Positions 38,146 to 47,032 of a stretch of DNA of 64,000 nt are shown here, in pieces. This DNA is from Gemmatimonadales bacterium (GTDB taxonomy: Bacteria > Gemmatimonadota > Gemmatimonadetes > Gemmatimonadales > GWC2-71-9), in contig DATBKD010000093.1 of the NCBI GenBank assembly GCA_036556025.1, positions 1,828 to 65,827 on the forward strand, in the 5' to 3' direction. A program made the position numbers and the translations under genes. Positions within the stretch are counted from its first letter, which is position 1; each line of letters opens with the position of its first letter. The notes beneath the pieces are model-generated. The model saw nothing but the letters and a program-made list of their open reading frames with translations. It ran no database searches and was not told where the DNA came from.

Positions 38146-38175
38146 TTGAGCAACCGGCGCACCGAGCCGTACTGT
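38146..38175 (+). promoter_or_regulatory. Sigma-70-like promoter candidate for Big_2 paralog A
   Basis: TTGAGC-N18-TACTGT at the edge of an AT-rich island. It is positioned just before the conserved leader that starts TTCAGCCCAAG (38178). Confidence 0.4.
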
Positions 38176-38177
38176 GA

Positions 38178-38252
38178 TTCAGCCCAAGGGCGGTGGGGTC
38201 TCCGGGAACGGTTGGGTCTCATTGCAAGGAGAGTCATGAAAGGCTAAGGCGG
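38178..38252 (+). promoter_or_regulatory. Conserved 5' leader, copy A
   Basis: 75 nt. It shares boxes TTCAGCCCAAG and GGGAACGGTTGGGT at the same spacing with 41296-41371. GCCCAA and UUGGGU can pair. Confidence 0.5.
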
Positions 38253-39788
38253 ATGACCTACACATTCAAGTTATCACGGAGACTGGCACTCTCGCGAGTT
38301 CATGGGGGACTCGTCGCCGCGATCGGACTTGCGGCATGCGTCGGCGATTCCACCGCGCCGGAATCCTTGGTTTCCTCCACCAACAGTTGGTCGACAGCTC
38401 TTTCCCCCCAACCCGCCAGTTCAGGCCACCCGGTCGCCTTCGCTCGACACATCAGGGTCGCCCAGCTCATCCTCAGCCCCGACTCTGCCACTCTCGCGCC
38501 TGGGGTAACCCAGCAGTTTGTCGCCTACGGCCGAACCCGTACGGGCGACAGCGTCAGCCTCCGAGTGACGTACTCGGCCTCGGGCGGAACGATTACCCAG
38601 TCCGGACAATACACCGCTGGTTCCAGTGGCGGGACCTACCGCATCATCGCGAGCAGCGGTCCGCGGGCGGATACGTCGGTGGTGACGCTCGCCGCCGCGC
38701 CGTCGCCGACGCCGCTGCCCCCAGCGTCGCCAACCCTCGTCCGCCTGCTGCTGCGTCCTGAATCGGTGACGCTCCTTCCGGGGGCGACTCAACAGTTCTT
38801 GGTCTACGGACGAATGAGCAACGGCGACAGCGTCGCTGTGAGCGCGGCGTTCGCCGCCACCGGCGGCAGCCTTACGAGCGCGGGGCTCTACACCGCCGCG
38901 GCGACCAGTGGCAGCTATCGCATCGTCGCGACGAGCAGCGGTCTGGCGGACACGTCGTCGGTTTCGGTGGGACCTGCCCCCGCGCCAAGCCCCGCTCCGG
39001 CACCCGCGCCGGCAGGCGGTGGGATCCCCTTCGGCCAGTTCCATGTGCCTGATGCCTTGTTTGGGAAGCCCTACACGGGCGCCCTCCGTACGGTCAGTCC
39101 GACCTCCGTACTCTCTGTGCTCAAGAATGCACGTGCAGCCAGGGCGCGGATTGTCCTGGATCTGGCCGGCTCCCGCCGCATGTATACCAATGCCGACGGC
39201 ACCTGGAATCTGGAGTTGTGGAAGCAGCGGATCGATCGGTACCGTGGGATGGATTTCGCTCCCTACGTGGCTGACGGAACGGTGATCGTCAACTATCTGT
39301 TGGATGAGCCAAACTGCCCCGAGTGCTGGGGGGGAAAGACCATCCCCTTCGCGGATATCGAGGCCGCGGCGAAGTACAGCAAGAGCATCTGGCCCTATAT
39401 GCCGACCGGTGTTCGCGTGATCCCCAGTTGGCTCCAGGGCGCCGGCTTCCGTTGGGTCGCAGTGGACATGGCCTGGGCCCAGTACAAGACCAGCAAAGGT
39501 GACCTGAGAACGTTCTTGAATCGCGAGGTCACTGCGGCCAAGGCACTCAGCCTCGGACTGGTAGCAGGGATGAACATCACCCACGGCGGCTCGCCCGACC
39601 GAACCGAGATGACCCCGGCCATGCTGCGCTCGTATGGGGAGTTGCTGGCGAGAGAGCCGTACAGCTGTGGTTTCATCAACTGGCAGTACGAGACCGCCTA
39701 CGAGTCGCGAGCCGACATCCAAGACGCGATGGACTACCTCGTCGGGATCACTCGCAGCCGACCGAGCGCGCCCTGCGTTCGCCACTGA
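38253..39788 (+). CDS. Secreted lipoprotein with two Big_2 (bacterial Ig-like) domains and an unassigned ~290-aa C-terminal domain (paralog A)
   Basis: ATG 38253 gives MTYTFKLSRRLALSRVHGGLVAAIGLAAC (lipobox). Repeats LSPDSATLAPGVTQQFVAYGRT...YRIIASS and LRPESVTLLPGATQQFLVYGRM...YRIVATS are Big_2-like. The C-terminal domain is shared with 41372..43315. Confidence 0.75.
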   Translation: MTYTFKLSRRLALSRVHGGLVAAIGLAACVGDSTAPESLVSSTNSWSTALSPQPASSGHPVAFARHIRVAQLILSPDSATLAPGVTQQFVAYGRTRTGDSVSLRVTYSASGGTITQSGQYTAGSSGGTYRIIASSGPRADTSVVTLAAAPSPTPLPPASPTLVRLLLRPESVTLLPGATQQFLVYGRMSNGDSVAVSAAFAATGGSLTSAGLYTAAATSGSYRIVATSSGLADTSSVSVGPAPAPSPAPAPAPAGGGIPFGQFHVPDALFGKPYTGALRTVSPTSVLSVLKNARAARARIVLDLAGSRRMYTNADGTWNLELWKQRIDRYRGMDFAPYVADGTVIVNYLLDEPNCPECWGGKTIPFADIEAAAKYSKSIWPYMPTGVRVIPSWLQGAGFRWVAVDMAWAQYKTSKGDLRTFLNREVTAAKALSLGLVAGMNITHGGSPDRTEMTPAMLRSYGELLAREPYSCGFINWQYETAYESRADIQDAMDYLVGITRSRPSAPCVRH

Positions 39789-39817
39789 CCTGACGGGCTC
39801 TGCCGTCGTGGTTCACA

Positions 39818-39846
39818 GCGGCCGCCCTCAAAGCGAGGGCGGCCGC
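39818..39846. terminator. GC-rich hairpin between convergent genes (no U-tract)
   Basis: GCGGCCGCCCTC-AAAGC-GAGGGCGGCCGC, a 12-bp perfect stem. It encloses the stop codon of the GT4 gene (39828-39830) and lies 30 nt after the stop of paralog A. Confidence 0.4.
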
Positions 39847-40985
39847 TGCGCGACGGGGCCTGGGCGACCGTCGCGCCTGGATGACCATTCCGCCAAGATC
39901 TGGTGGTAGACGGCCAGCGTCTTGGCCACCGTGTGTCCCAGGGTGAACTGCTGTTCATAGCGCGTCCGGCCGGCAGCGCCCAATCGGCGCCGCAGCTCCG
40001 GATCCAACAGGAGCTGCTCGAGCCGGGAGCGCAGCACCGCCACGTCGCCCCGGCCGATCAGGTAGCCGGTGACGCCGTCCTCTACTGATTCCTCGATGCC
40101 TCCCACTTGCGAGGCGATGACGGGCAACCCGGCTCGCATGGCTTCGAGGATGCTTCGAGGGAAACCCTCCCAATTGGTGATCAGGAGGCAGATCTGGGCC
40201 TCGGCCAGACGAGCATCCACATCCAGTCGTTGGCCCCAGAATCGCACCTGGTCGGCGATCCGGAGCTCTCCACAAAGTCTTTCCATGTCGGGGAGCAGGG
40301 GACCGTCGCCGATCAGGTCCAGCTCCCACTGATGCTGCCGGAGCCCGCCAAGCGCGATCAACAGGGTACGATGATCCTTCTGCGGCTCGAACCGCGCCAC
40401 CATCACCAGGCGGACGGGAACGCGACCGGGATCCGCCCGAAGTCCCCCGGCCACGTCGGGCATGCCGTTGTGCACCGTCACCACCTGGCTCTGGCTTCCG
40501 ATGCCACAGTCCAAGGCGAGATGGCGATCGAACTCGGAGACCGCGATGATCCGGCTTGCAAGCGGCGCGGCCATTCGTTCGATCCGGCGGTAGAGTGCTG
40601 CTTGGAGCGGGGGAATCCCCGGAGTAAAGGCCCAACCGTGCGCGGTGAACACCACCGGAACACCGAGTGAGCGAGCCACGAGGCGGCCAAGGATTCCGGC
40701 CTTGGAGGAGTGGGCCGATAGCAGGTCGGGTCGCAGCTCCTTGAGCGCGCCGCGGATTTCGGCCAGGGCACGAGCGTCCTGCAGGGGAGCGATCGGGGCG
40801 ACCAGGTGACGCAAGATGATCGTCGGAATGCCCTGAGCCTCGAGTCCTGTCGTGAAGGGACCGCTGCCGCCGACGATCACCGCCGCTTCGTGGCCCTGCT
40901 CCCGCATAGCTCGGGTGAGATCCCGAACATGGATTTGCGCCCCGCCAATGGGCTCCGATCGGGTGACGATGTAAGCGATCCTCAC
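39828..40985 (-). CDS. Glycosyltransferase family 4 (GT-B)
   Basis: GTG 40985 gives (M)RIAYIVTRSEPIGGAQIHVRDL, the usual GT4 N-terminus. C-terminal EGFPRSILEAMRAGLPVIAS is the GT4 E-x7-E region. The upstream 57 codons of the track ORF were dropped. Confidence 0.85.
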   Translation of the reverse strand: MRIAYIVTRSEPIGGAQIHVRDLTRAMREQGHEAAVIVGGSGPFTTGLEAQGIPTIILRHLVAPIAPLQDARALAEIRGALKELRPDLLSAHSSKAGILGRLVARSLGVPVVFTAHGWAFTPGIPPLQAALYRRIERMAAPLASRIIAVSEFDRHLALDCGIGSQSQVVTVHNGMPDVAGGLRADPGRVPVRLVMVARFEPQKDHRTLLIALGGLRQHQWELDLIGDGPLLPDMERLCGELRIADQVRFWGQRLDVDARLAEAQICLLITNWEGFPRSILEAMRAGLPVIASQVGGIEESVEDGVTGYLIGRGDVAVLRSRLEQLLLDPELRRRLGAAGRTRYEQQFTLGHTVAKTLAVYHQILAEWSSRRDGRPGPVAQRPPSL

Positions 40986-41263
40986 CTCATCGACCTCGCA
41001 TGCGTGGCATTGATGCGGTTGGACGTACTGGCGTTGCTGTCTCCACGAGTGGGCGGGAAGTATATCGCGCCACCCCCCTCCAGCGCGCCACCACCGAAAG
41101 GGGCTGGCTCGATACCGGTGCAGAATTCTTCCACATGCTGTATATGAAATATACAAAAATCTGTTACAATTTCACCGGGAATATTGACTCAAGTACTTTT
41201 GCTGGAATGAACTCCAACTGACGCAAATAGTGACGTTTTGATGTTTCGTCTAAATTCTAGACA

Positions 41264-41292
41264 TTGAATTCTCGCGCCTGCTGCCGTAAATA
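41264..41292 (+). promoter_or_regulatory. Sigma-70-like promoter candidate for Big_2 paralog B
   Basis: TTGAAT-N17-TAAATA at the edge of an AT-rich island. It has the same position relative to the conserved leader TTCAGCCCAAG (41296). Confidence 0.5.
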
Positions 41293-41295
41293 AAG

Positions 41296-41371
41296 TTCAG
41301 CCCAAGTGTGGGGGACGCGGCGAGGGAACGGTTGGGTGCCACGGTTGGGGTGGTACACGAGGTAAAAATCG
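41296..41371 (+). promoter_or_regulatory. Conserved 5' leader, copy B
   Basis: 76 nt. Same two boxes as 38178-38252, otherwise diverged. Confidence 0.5.
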
Positions 41372-43315
41372 ATGACGTACACGTTCAAGCTTGCGCGCAG
41401 ACTCGCGGTCTCGCGAGATTTCGTCATGCTCTCCCTGCTCGTGTTGCTCGCAGCTTGTTCGGGGGACACCACTTCACCAGATACCCGATCCTCCACTCCG
41501 GCCCAAGCCGTTCCGTTCGAAGTCGTTCCTCGATCGATCACCATCGAAGCCAACCAGCGGATTCAATTCCGGGGGCAGCTCCAGGACTCCAGCGGCGGGA
41601 TGATTCCCGCGCAGGTCACCTGGCACGCCACCGGGGGGACCATCGATTCGACCGGAACTTTCTGGTCATCCAACCCGGGGACTTACACGATCATCGCCCG
41701 GCGCTACTGGGGTCCCGCTGTCGAGGTCAACCAGAGTAAGGGCGGCAAGAAGGCATCCGATTCTCGTCGCGCTTGGCGAGATCATCCGGTAGCTGTGGAC
41801 AGCTCCGTCGTCGAAGTTGTTCCGACGATCAAGCGCATTGCGATCAGTCCAAAGCCGGTGCGCATGAGCACGGGCGCCGCGCGAACTTTCACCGCCACTG
41901 GCTTTCTCAGCGACGATTCGGCCATAACCCTTGCCGTGGCCTGGTCTGCGACGGGTGGGGCCATCGATGCTTCGGGCACCTATACCGCCGGAAACACCGC
42001 CGGACTCTTTCACGTGATCGCCGCGAACGCCGCCGGTACCCTGGCCGATACGGCTGCGGTTGTACTGCGGGGACCCACGCCCGGACCGAGCGCCCCTAGG
42101 CACCAGCTCGCGAGCGCGGTGCTGAAGCCAGGCCCCCGGACGGTCACCATCGGATCGAAGTTACAGTACCGCGCCTACGGACTCACCAAGTCGGGGGATT
42201 CGGTGAGCATCGCAGTGGCCTTTAGCGCCACTGGTGGCACGATCAGCCCGACGGGCTTGTTCACTGCGGGATCGAAGGCGGGGACGTTCAAGGTGATCGC
42301 ACGGGACACCGTGAGTCGCCTGGCGGACACAACCAAGGTCACGGTAGCCCTCGCGTCCTCGTCCGCCTCACCCAACCCGGTGCCTTCGACCACGCCAGTG
42401 CACCCTCCCGTGGGGACAGCACCCGATTTCCCGATCGGGCACGGCGTACCGTTCGGAGCCTTTGCGGGCAAGTCCGGAAACGTCGAGTCTGCCACCACCA
42501 TCCCCTTCACGCTGACCATGGAGCCGTTTGACGCCAGCAGTATTGTGGCGCGGATCAATCGGGCGCGGGCGAGTGGGCTGCGGATGATGATTGCGATGAC
42601 CAGCGGAAAGCATGAGCAATACAAGACCGGCGGCGTCTTTGATATGAGCAAGTGGCTGGCGAAGATGAACACCTATGACAAGCCTGCCATCAAAGCCGCC
42701 ATCGCCGCCGGCGTCGCCGACGGGACAATCATCGGCAACTCGGTGATGGACGAACCGCACAACACCTACACCCCGAACGGCAACAGTTGGGGCCCGGCTG
42801 GCACCATGACCAAGGCACGAGTCGACCAGATGTGCGCCTACGTCAAGGAGATGTTCCCGACCCTGCCGGCCGGCGTGGTGCACGATCACAACGCGTTCGA
42901 GCCGACCAAGTCCTACCGCGTCTGCGATTTCATCGTGGCCCAGTACGCCTGGCGAAAAACCAAGGGTGACATCGCCAAGTTCCGGGATGATGCGCTCGCG
43001 CTGGGGCGCCGCGATGGGATTGCGATTGCCTTCAGCATGAACCTTCTGGATGGTGGCATCCCTGCCGGGAAGGGTGACTGTTCCTCGTCGCAGACCGGCG
43101 GACGGGGCCTGCTCTATGAGGGCACGGGGGCCTGTATGGTGACCGCAGCGCAGATCCGCGAATGGGGTGAAACCCTGGGCCCCGCCGCATGCGCCATGCT
43201 CATGTGGCGCTACGACCCGGACTTCTTCTCTCGACCGGAAAACGTGCGGGCATTCAAGGACCTGGCCGCAATGTTGGCCAAAGCCCCGGCGCGGTCCTGC
43301 CGGAGGACGTCATAG
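41372..43315 (+). CDS. Secreted lipoprotein with three Big_2 domains and the same unassigned C-terminal domain (paralog B)
   Basis: MTYTFKLARRLAVSRDFVMLSLLVLLAAC (lipobox). Three Big_2-like repeats. The C-terminal domain aligns with paralog A (GVPFGAF / GIPFGQF, MDEPHN / LDEPNC, AQYAWRKTKGDI / AQYKTSKGDL). Confidence 0.75.
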   Translation: MTYTFKLARRLAVSRDFVMLSLLVLLAACSGDTTSPDTRSSTPAQAVPFEVVPRSITIEANQRIQFRGQLQDSSGGMIPAQVTWHATGGTIDSTGTFWSSNPGTYTIIARRYWGPAVEVNQSKGGKKASDSRRAWRDHPVAVDSSVVEVVPTIKRIAISPKPVRMSTGAARTFTATGFLSDDSAITLAVAWSATGGAIDASGTYTAGNTAGLFHVIAANAAGTLADTAAVVLRGPTPGPSAPRHQLASAVLKPGPRTVTIGSKLQYRAYGLTKSGDSVSIAVAFSATGGTISPTGLFTAGSKAGTFKVIARDTVSRLADTTKVTVALASSSASPNPVPSTTPVHPPVGTAPDFPIGHGVPFGAFAGKSGNVESATTIPFTLTMEPFDASSIVARINRARASGLRMMIAMTSGKHEQYKTGGVFDMSKWLAKMNTYDKPAIKAAIAAGVADGTIIGNSVMDEPHNTYTPNGNSWGPAGTMTKARVDQMCAYVKEMFPTLPAGVVHDHNAFEPTKSYRVCDFIVAQYAWRKTKGDIAKFRDDALALGRRDGIAIAFSMNLLDGGIPAGKGDCSSSQTGGRGLLYEGTGACMVTAAQIREWGETLGPAACAMLMWRYDPDFFSRPENVRAFKDLAAMLAKAPARSCRRTS

Positions 43316-43358
43316 CAGGCTGACCCAACCGAAACAGCCCCAGCCTGTAGAGCGTGAG

Positions 43359-43398
43359 ACCGACCCGGGGGACCATCCCTCGGGTCGGTTGCTTGTTC
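43359..43398 (+). terminator. Hairpin after Big_2 paralog B (possible terminator)
   Basis: ACCGACCCG-N13-CGGGTCGGT followed by TGCTTGTTCC, 44 nt after the stop. Confidence 0.45.
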
Positions 43399-43716
43399 CT
43401 GGCCGCACCGGCCTTGGCACCCATGTGGATCCGCCACCACACCCATGCGCCGTGCGGCTCTCTCACATCCACCGGGCCAGCGGCAGGCCGACCTGCTGCC
43501 GTTTCGGAAGCGGCGGGGATACATTGTTTTACAAGCTCAGGGAGATCCCGCGGGTTCCTCGTACTCTCGGGACAGGTGGGCACGGATTGTGCGCTCGCGA
43601 ATGCAAATTCTTACGGTGCGCTGGCGCGGGTCCGACGTGACCTGTCCCACAGAGGAGCAGGCCCTAGCGTGCGCTGTCACACATACCGCGAAGCCAACGC
43701 CACGTAGGTTCGATTG

Positions 43717-44388
43717 ATGAGGACTATGCGAAATTCGATTCTGGGGTACATCGCGCTGCCGTTGCTCGTCGGAGTGACCGGGGTTTCGGCCCAGAGCCCG
43801 AGCACGACCACCCGACCGCCGGAGCAGACGGTGCTCTCGCCCGGAGACACCCTCCGGATTACCGTCTGGCGCAAGCCCGAATTCAGTGGCGAGTTCGTGA
43901 TCGGCGCGGATGGGACCTTGATCCACCCCCTGTTTCGGGCGGTTCGGGTCGCGGGAGTGCCCCTGGCCACTGCCGAAGCGAATATCCGCAATTTCCTGTT
44001 GCAGTACGATCAGAACCCGCAGTTCGTGATCGAGCCTCTCCTTCGAATCGCCGTGTCCGGAGAAGTGCCTAAACCGTCGGTCTTCGCGGTGCAACCCCGA
44101 ACCACCATAGCCGAAGCCATTGCCCGGGCCGGTGGCACTACCCAGAACGGCAATCGAAAAAAGGTGCGGGTTATCCGCTCGGAATCGGGGAGCGAGCAGC
44201 GGGTGTTCCTCGCCAACCTGCAGGACCCGGCGGACCCCATCGCATCGTCGATCGTTCGGTCCGGCGACCAGGTCGTCGTTGATCGCCGGAGGTCGTTTTT
44301 CAGGGATATTCTGATCCCCACGTTTACCGTCATCGGGTCGATCGCCTCGATCGGACTCCTCATTGATCGTATCCAGCGCAACAACTGA
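43717..44388 (+). CDS. Polysaccharide export protein (Wza-like; Poly_export + SLBB)
   Basis: Signal peptide, then LSPGDTLRITVWRKPEFSGEFVIGADGTLIHPLF (Poly_export motif) and SLBB-like GEVPKPSVFAV. Possible starts are TTG 43714, ATG 43717 and ATG 43726. Confidence 0.85.
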   Translation: MRTMRNSILGYIALPLLVGVTGVSAQSPSTTTRPPEQTVLSPGDTLRITVWRKPEFSGEFVIGADGTLIHPLFRAVRVAGVPLATAEANIRNFLLQYDQNPQFVIEPLLRIAVSGEVPKPSVFAVQPRTTIAEAIARAGGTTQNGNRKKVRVIRSESGSEQRVFLANLQDPADPIASSIVRSGDQVVVDRRRSFFRDILIPTFTVIGSIASIGLLIDRIQRNN

Positions 44389-44398
44389 GCAGCCTGTC

Positions 44399-46840
44399 AT
44401 GAGCCACTATCCTCCAGACCAACGCTTGCTCCCTGGCTCGGTGACTCCACCTCCGAGTCCTGAGCGAGTCCAGGTAGACACCATCTCTCTGAGCCATTTG
44501 TTCGGCACCCTCCGGCGGAGATGGCGAGCGGTCCTGGGGATGACGGTCGTCGGTGCGGCCTTGGGTGCCTTTCTGGCCTCCAAGGATCCCCCGAGCTACC
44601 AGGCCAAGGCGGTCATTCGCTTCGCCGGGGAGCGGCGCCAGCTGACGAGCGACATGGAGCACCCGCAGCCCGAAGTGAGCCGCACCACGGACCCGATTCT
44701 CTCGCTGGTGCAGCTGGTCACCAGCCGGAGCGTCATGGGGGCAGTGGTCGATTCGCTCGGGCTCCAACTGGTGTCATCCACCCCCGAGTTTCCAACCGGC
44801 ATGCTCAGCAACATCCATGTGGACCCGCGCCTCGGCAGCGACTCGGTCAGACTGGACTTTTCGCCTGAGCAAGTGAAGGCCCAATTCGGCGGCCGGCAGG
44901 CCAGCGCCCGCTATGGGGAAGTGCTCTCGCTCGGAACGGTGCAGTTCGCGGTCACCTCCTATCCCGACATCGCCGAGGCCATGCTGAGCGTGATCCCGCG
45001 GGAGATGGCGATCGATGCCCTGCGCGCCAATGTGATCGTTGGGGCGCGGAGCGGCACCGACGTCATCGACGTCCTGTACACTTCCAACTCTCCCCGGCTG
45101 GCCCAGCAGGTCGTGAACAACACGGTGAAGTCGTTCCAGGAGCTCAATATCCAATCGGCTCGAGAGAAGTCGCAGCGCCGGCGGGAGTTTCTGGAGCAGC
45201 AGTTTACCCGAACCGACAGCATGTTGAGTCAGGCCCAGGCCGAGCTGGCGGCCTTCCGGAGCCGGCAGCAGATCGCCAGCACCAGCAGCAAGCTGGACGC
45301 GCAGCAGGCCGCGCTTTTGGCCCTCGACTCTCGTCGCGCGGAAATCGAGGCCGACCGAAACACCTTCGGCACCTTGCTGCGTCAGCTGAAAAACGGCAGC
45401 GATACCGGCAAGGAAGAGGCGCTGCGTGCGCTGGCCACTTCGCCCGCGCTGGGTGATAACGCCGCTGTGGGCTCGCTGTTTCAGAAGCTGACTGCCTATC
45501 AATTCCGGCTGGATTCGATGACAACGGGGCAGTGGGCCGCTGCGCCGACCAATCCCGACGTGCTGCAGCTTCGCTCGCTGATCAAGCAGACCCAGGACCA
45601 ACTGTCCTCCGCGGTGAGCAGCCACGTCGCGACGCTGGATGCCCGCATCGCTGCCCTGGGAACACTGAGCGCCAAGACCGGCCAGTCGATGCAGGTCCTG
45701 CCGGCCATGGCCGAGGAGGAGGCCCGCCTCAATCAGCGAGTGCAGGCGCTGAGCAACGTTGGCGACCAGCTGCGCCAGGACTACCAGAAGGCGCGGATGG
45801 CCGAAGCGGTCGAGGCCGGGGACGTCGACGTGGTGGACTATGCCGACCTTCCCTACACACCGATTCTGGCGGCCGCATCCATCAAGTTCGGGATCGGCGT
45901 GATTCTCGGCTTGCTGCTCGGCGGCGGACTCGCCTTCCTGTTGGAAGCGCTCAATACCTCCATTCGCCGCCCCGAAGATCTGGAGAGTGCGTTGCACCTG
46001 CCCGGTCTCGCTGTCATCCCCAGGCTCACGGCTGGCTCGCCGGCGCCGAGGCGGCGTCTGCCCGGACTGAAGGGCGGCAAGCATGTCGAGCTACCTCGTT
46101 CGGAGGCGATCGGCACCGTGGCCCAGCCCTTCTCCATCGGGACCGAGGCCTTCCGGATGCTTCGTACCAGTCTGATCTGGTCCGATGGCGCGGAGCAGCT
46201 CAAGACGCTGGTGGTCACCAGCGCGGCTCCTGGCGAGGGCAAGACGCTCACCGCGGCCAATCTGGCGGCGAGCTTTGCCCACGATGGGCTGCACACGCTC
46301 CTCGTGGATTGTGACGTCAGGCGGCCCAAGCTCCATGGGCTCTTCCGGGTTCCGCGTACGCCCGGGCTGCTCGATCTTCTGGCTCCTCCCAGTCCATCGG
46401 CTGACGGCCGGGTGCACTCATTGAGCTTCACGGGGGAGGACGGAGGGGACACGCTGGAGCATGTGATTCGGGACACGCCGATTCGGGGGCTCTCGCTGCT
46501 CACCTGCGGAGCCCTGCCAACCAATGCGTCCAACCTGCTGAGTGGCGTCCGGATGCGTTCGCTGCTCCAGGAGCTCACCAAGCGCTTCGATCTGGTCATC
46601 CTGGACACCCCGCCGGTCCTGGCCACCGCGGACGCGGGGATCCTGGGCAGTCTGGCCGACGGCGTGCTCCTGGTGGTCCGGGCCGGTCAGACGGATCGCT
46701 CTGCGGCGCAGCGCGCCTATCAGCAGCTGGCCAACGTCGGCTCGCGGGTGATGGGCGCTGTGCTCAACGATCCCAAGGGTGAGGTATCCCAGTACGGCGA
46801 CTACTACTATCCCTACGAATACGTCGCCGAGAAGGAATGA
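44399..46840 (+). CDS. Polysaccharide co-polymerase / tyrosine autokinase (Wzc/GumC/EpsB-type)
   Basis: ATG 44399. Wzz-type N-terminal TM plus a long periplasmic coiled region. Cytoplasmic CpsD-like P-loop VVTSAAPGEGKT. C-terminal Tyr cluster YGDYYYPYEYV. Confidence 0.9.
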   Translation: MSHYPPDQRLLPGSVTPPPSPERVQVDTISLSHLFGTLRRRWRAVLGMTVVGAALGAFLASKDPPSYQAKAVIRFAGERRQLTSDMEHPQPEVSRTTDPILSLVQLVTSRSVMGAVVDSLGLQLVSSTPEFPTGMLSNIHVDPRLGSDSVRLDFSPEQVKAQFGGRQASARYGEVLSLGTVQFAVTSYPDIAEAMLSVIPREMAIDALRANVIVGARSGTDVIDVLYTSNSPRLAQQVVNNTVKSFQELNIQSAREKSQRRREFLEQQFTRTDSMLSQAQAELAAFRSRQQIASTSSKLDAQQAALLALDSRRAEIEADRNTFGTLLRQLKNGSDTGKEEALRALATSPALGDNAAVGSLFQKLTAYQFRLDSMTTGQWAAAPTNPDVLQLRSLIKQTQDQLSSAVSSHVATLDARIAALGTLSAKTGQSMQVLPAMAEEEARLNQRVQALSNVGDQLRQDYQKARMAEAVEAGDVDVVDYADLPYTPILAAASIKFGIGVILGLLLGGGLAFLLEALNTSIRRPEDLESALHLPGLAVIPRLTAGSPAPRRRLPGLKGGKHVELPRSEAIGTVAQPFSIGTEAFRMLRTSLIWSDGAEQLKTLVVTSAAPGEGKTLTAANLAASFAHDGLHTLLVDCDVRRPKLHGLFRVPRTPGLLDLLAPPSPSADGRVHSLSFTGEDGGDTLEHVIRDTPIRGLSLLTCGALPTNASNLLSGVRMRSLLQELTKRFDLVILDTPPVLATADAGILGSLADGVLLVVRAGQTDRSAAQRAYQQLANVGSRVMGAVLNDPKGEVSQYGDYYYPYEYVAEKE

Positions 46841-47032
46841 ACGTCCTGCCAGGCAGGCGGTCGCGAGGCCACTCGTAGCCCGCCTGCCAGCCCAGCCGGT
46901 TGGTACACTCCACTTCGCAGCCTGGATCGCACCCAATCTTCGGCCGGTTGCTGCCCGGCTTGGTCAAGGCTACACTGCGGCACGATTGCCGCCGGACGCT
47001 GCTGAGCGCTCACGGAGGATTGTCACACCTGC

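Noticed and set aside
46979-46992. GGCAC-N7-GC element upstream of cysN
   Set aside because: The -12 box reads CCGC (both consensus T positions lost), and an alternative TTGC is 2 nt too close. I do not consider it a credible sigma-54 promoter without experimental data.
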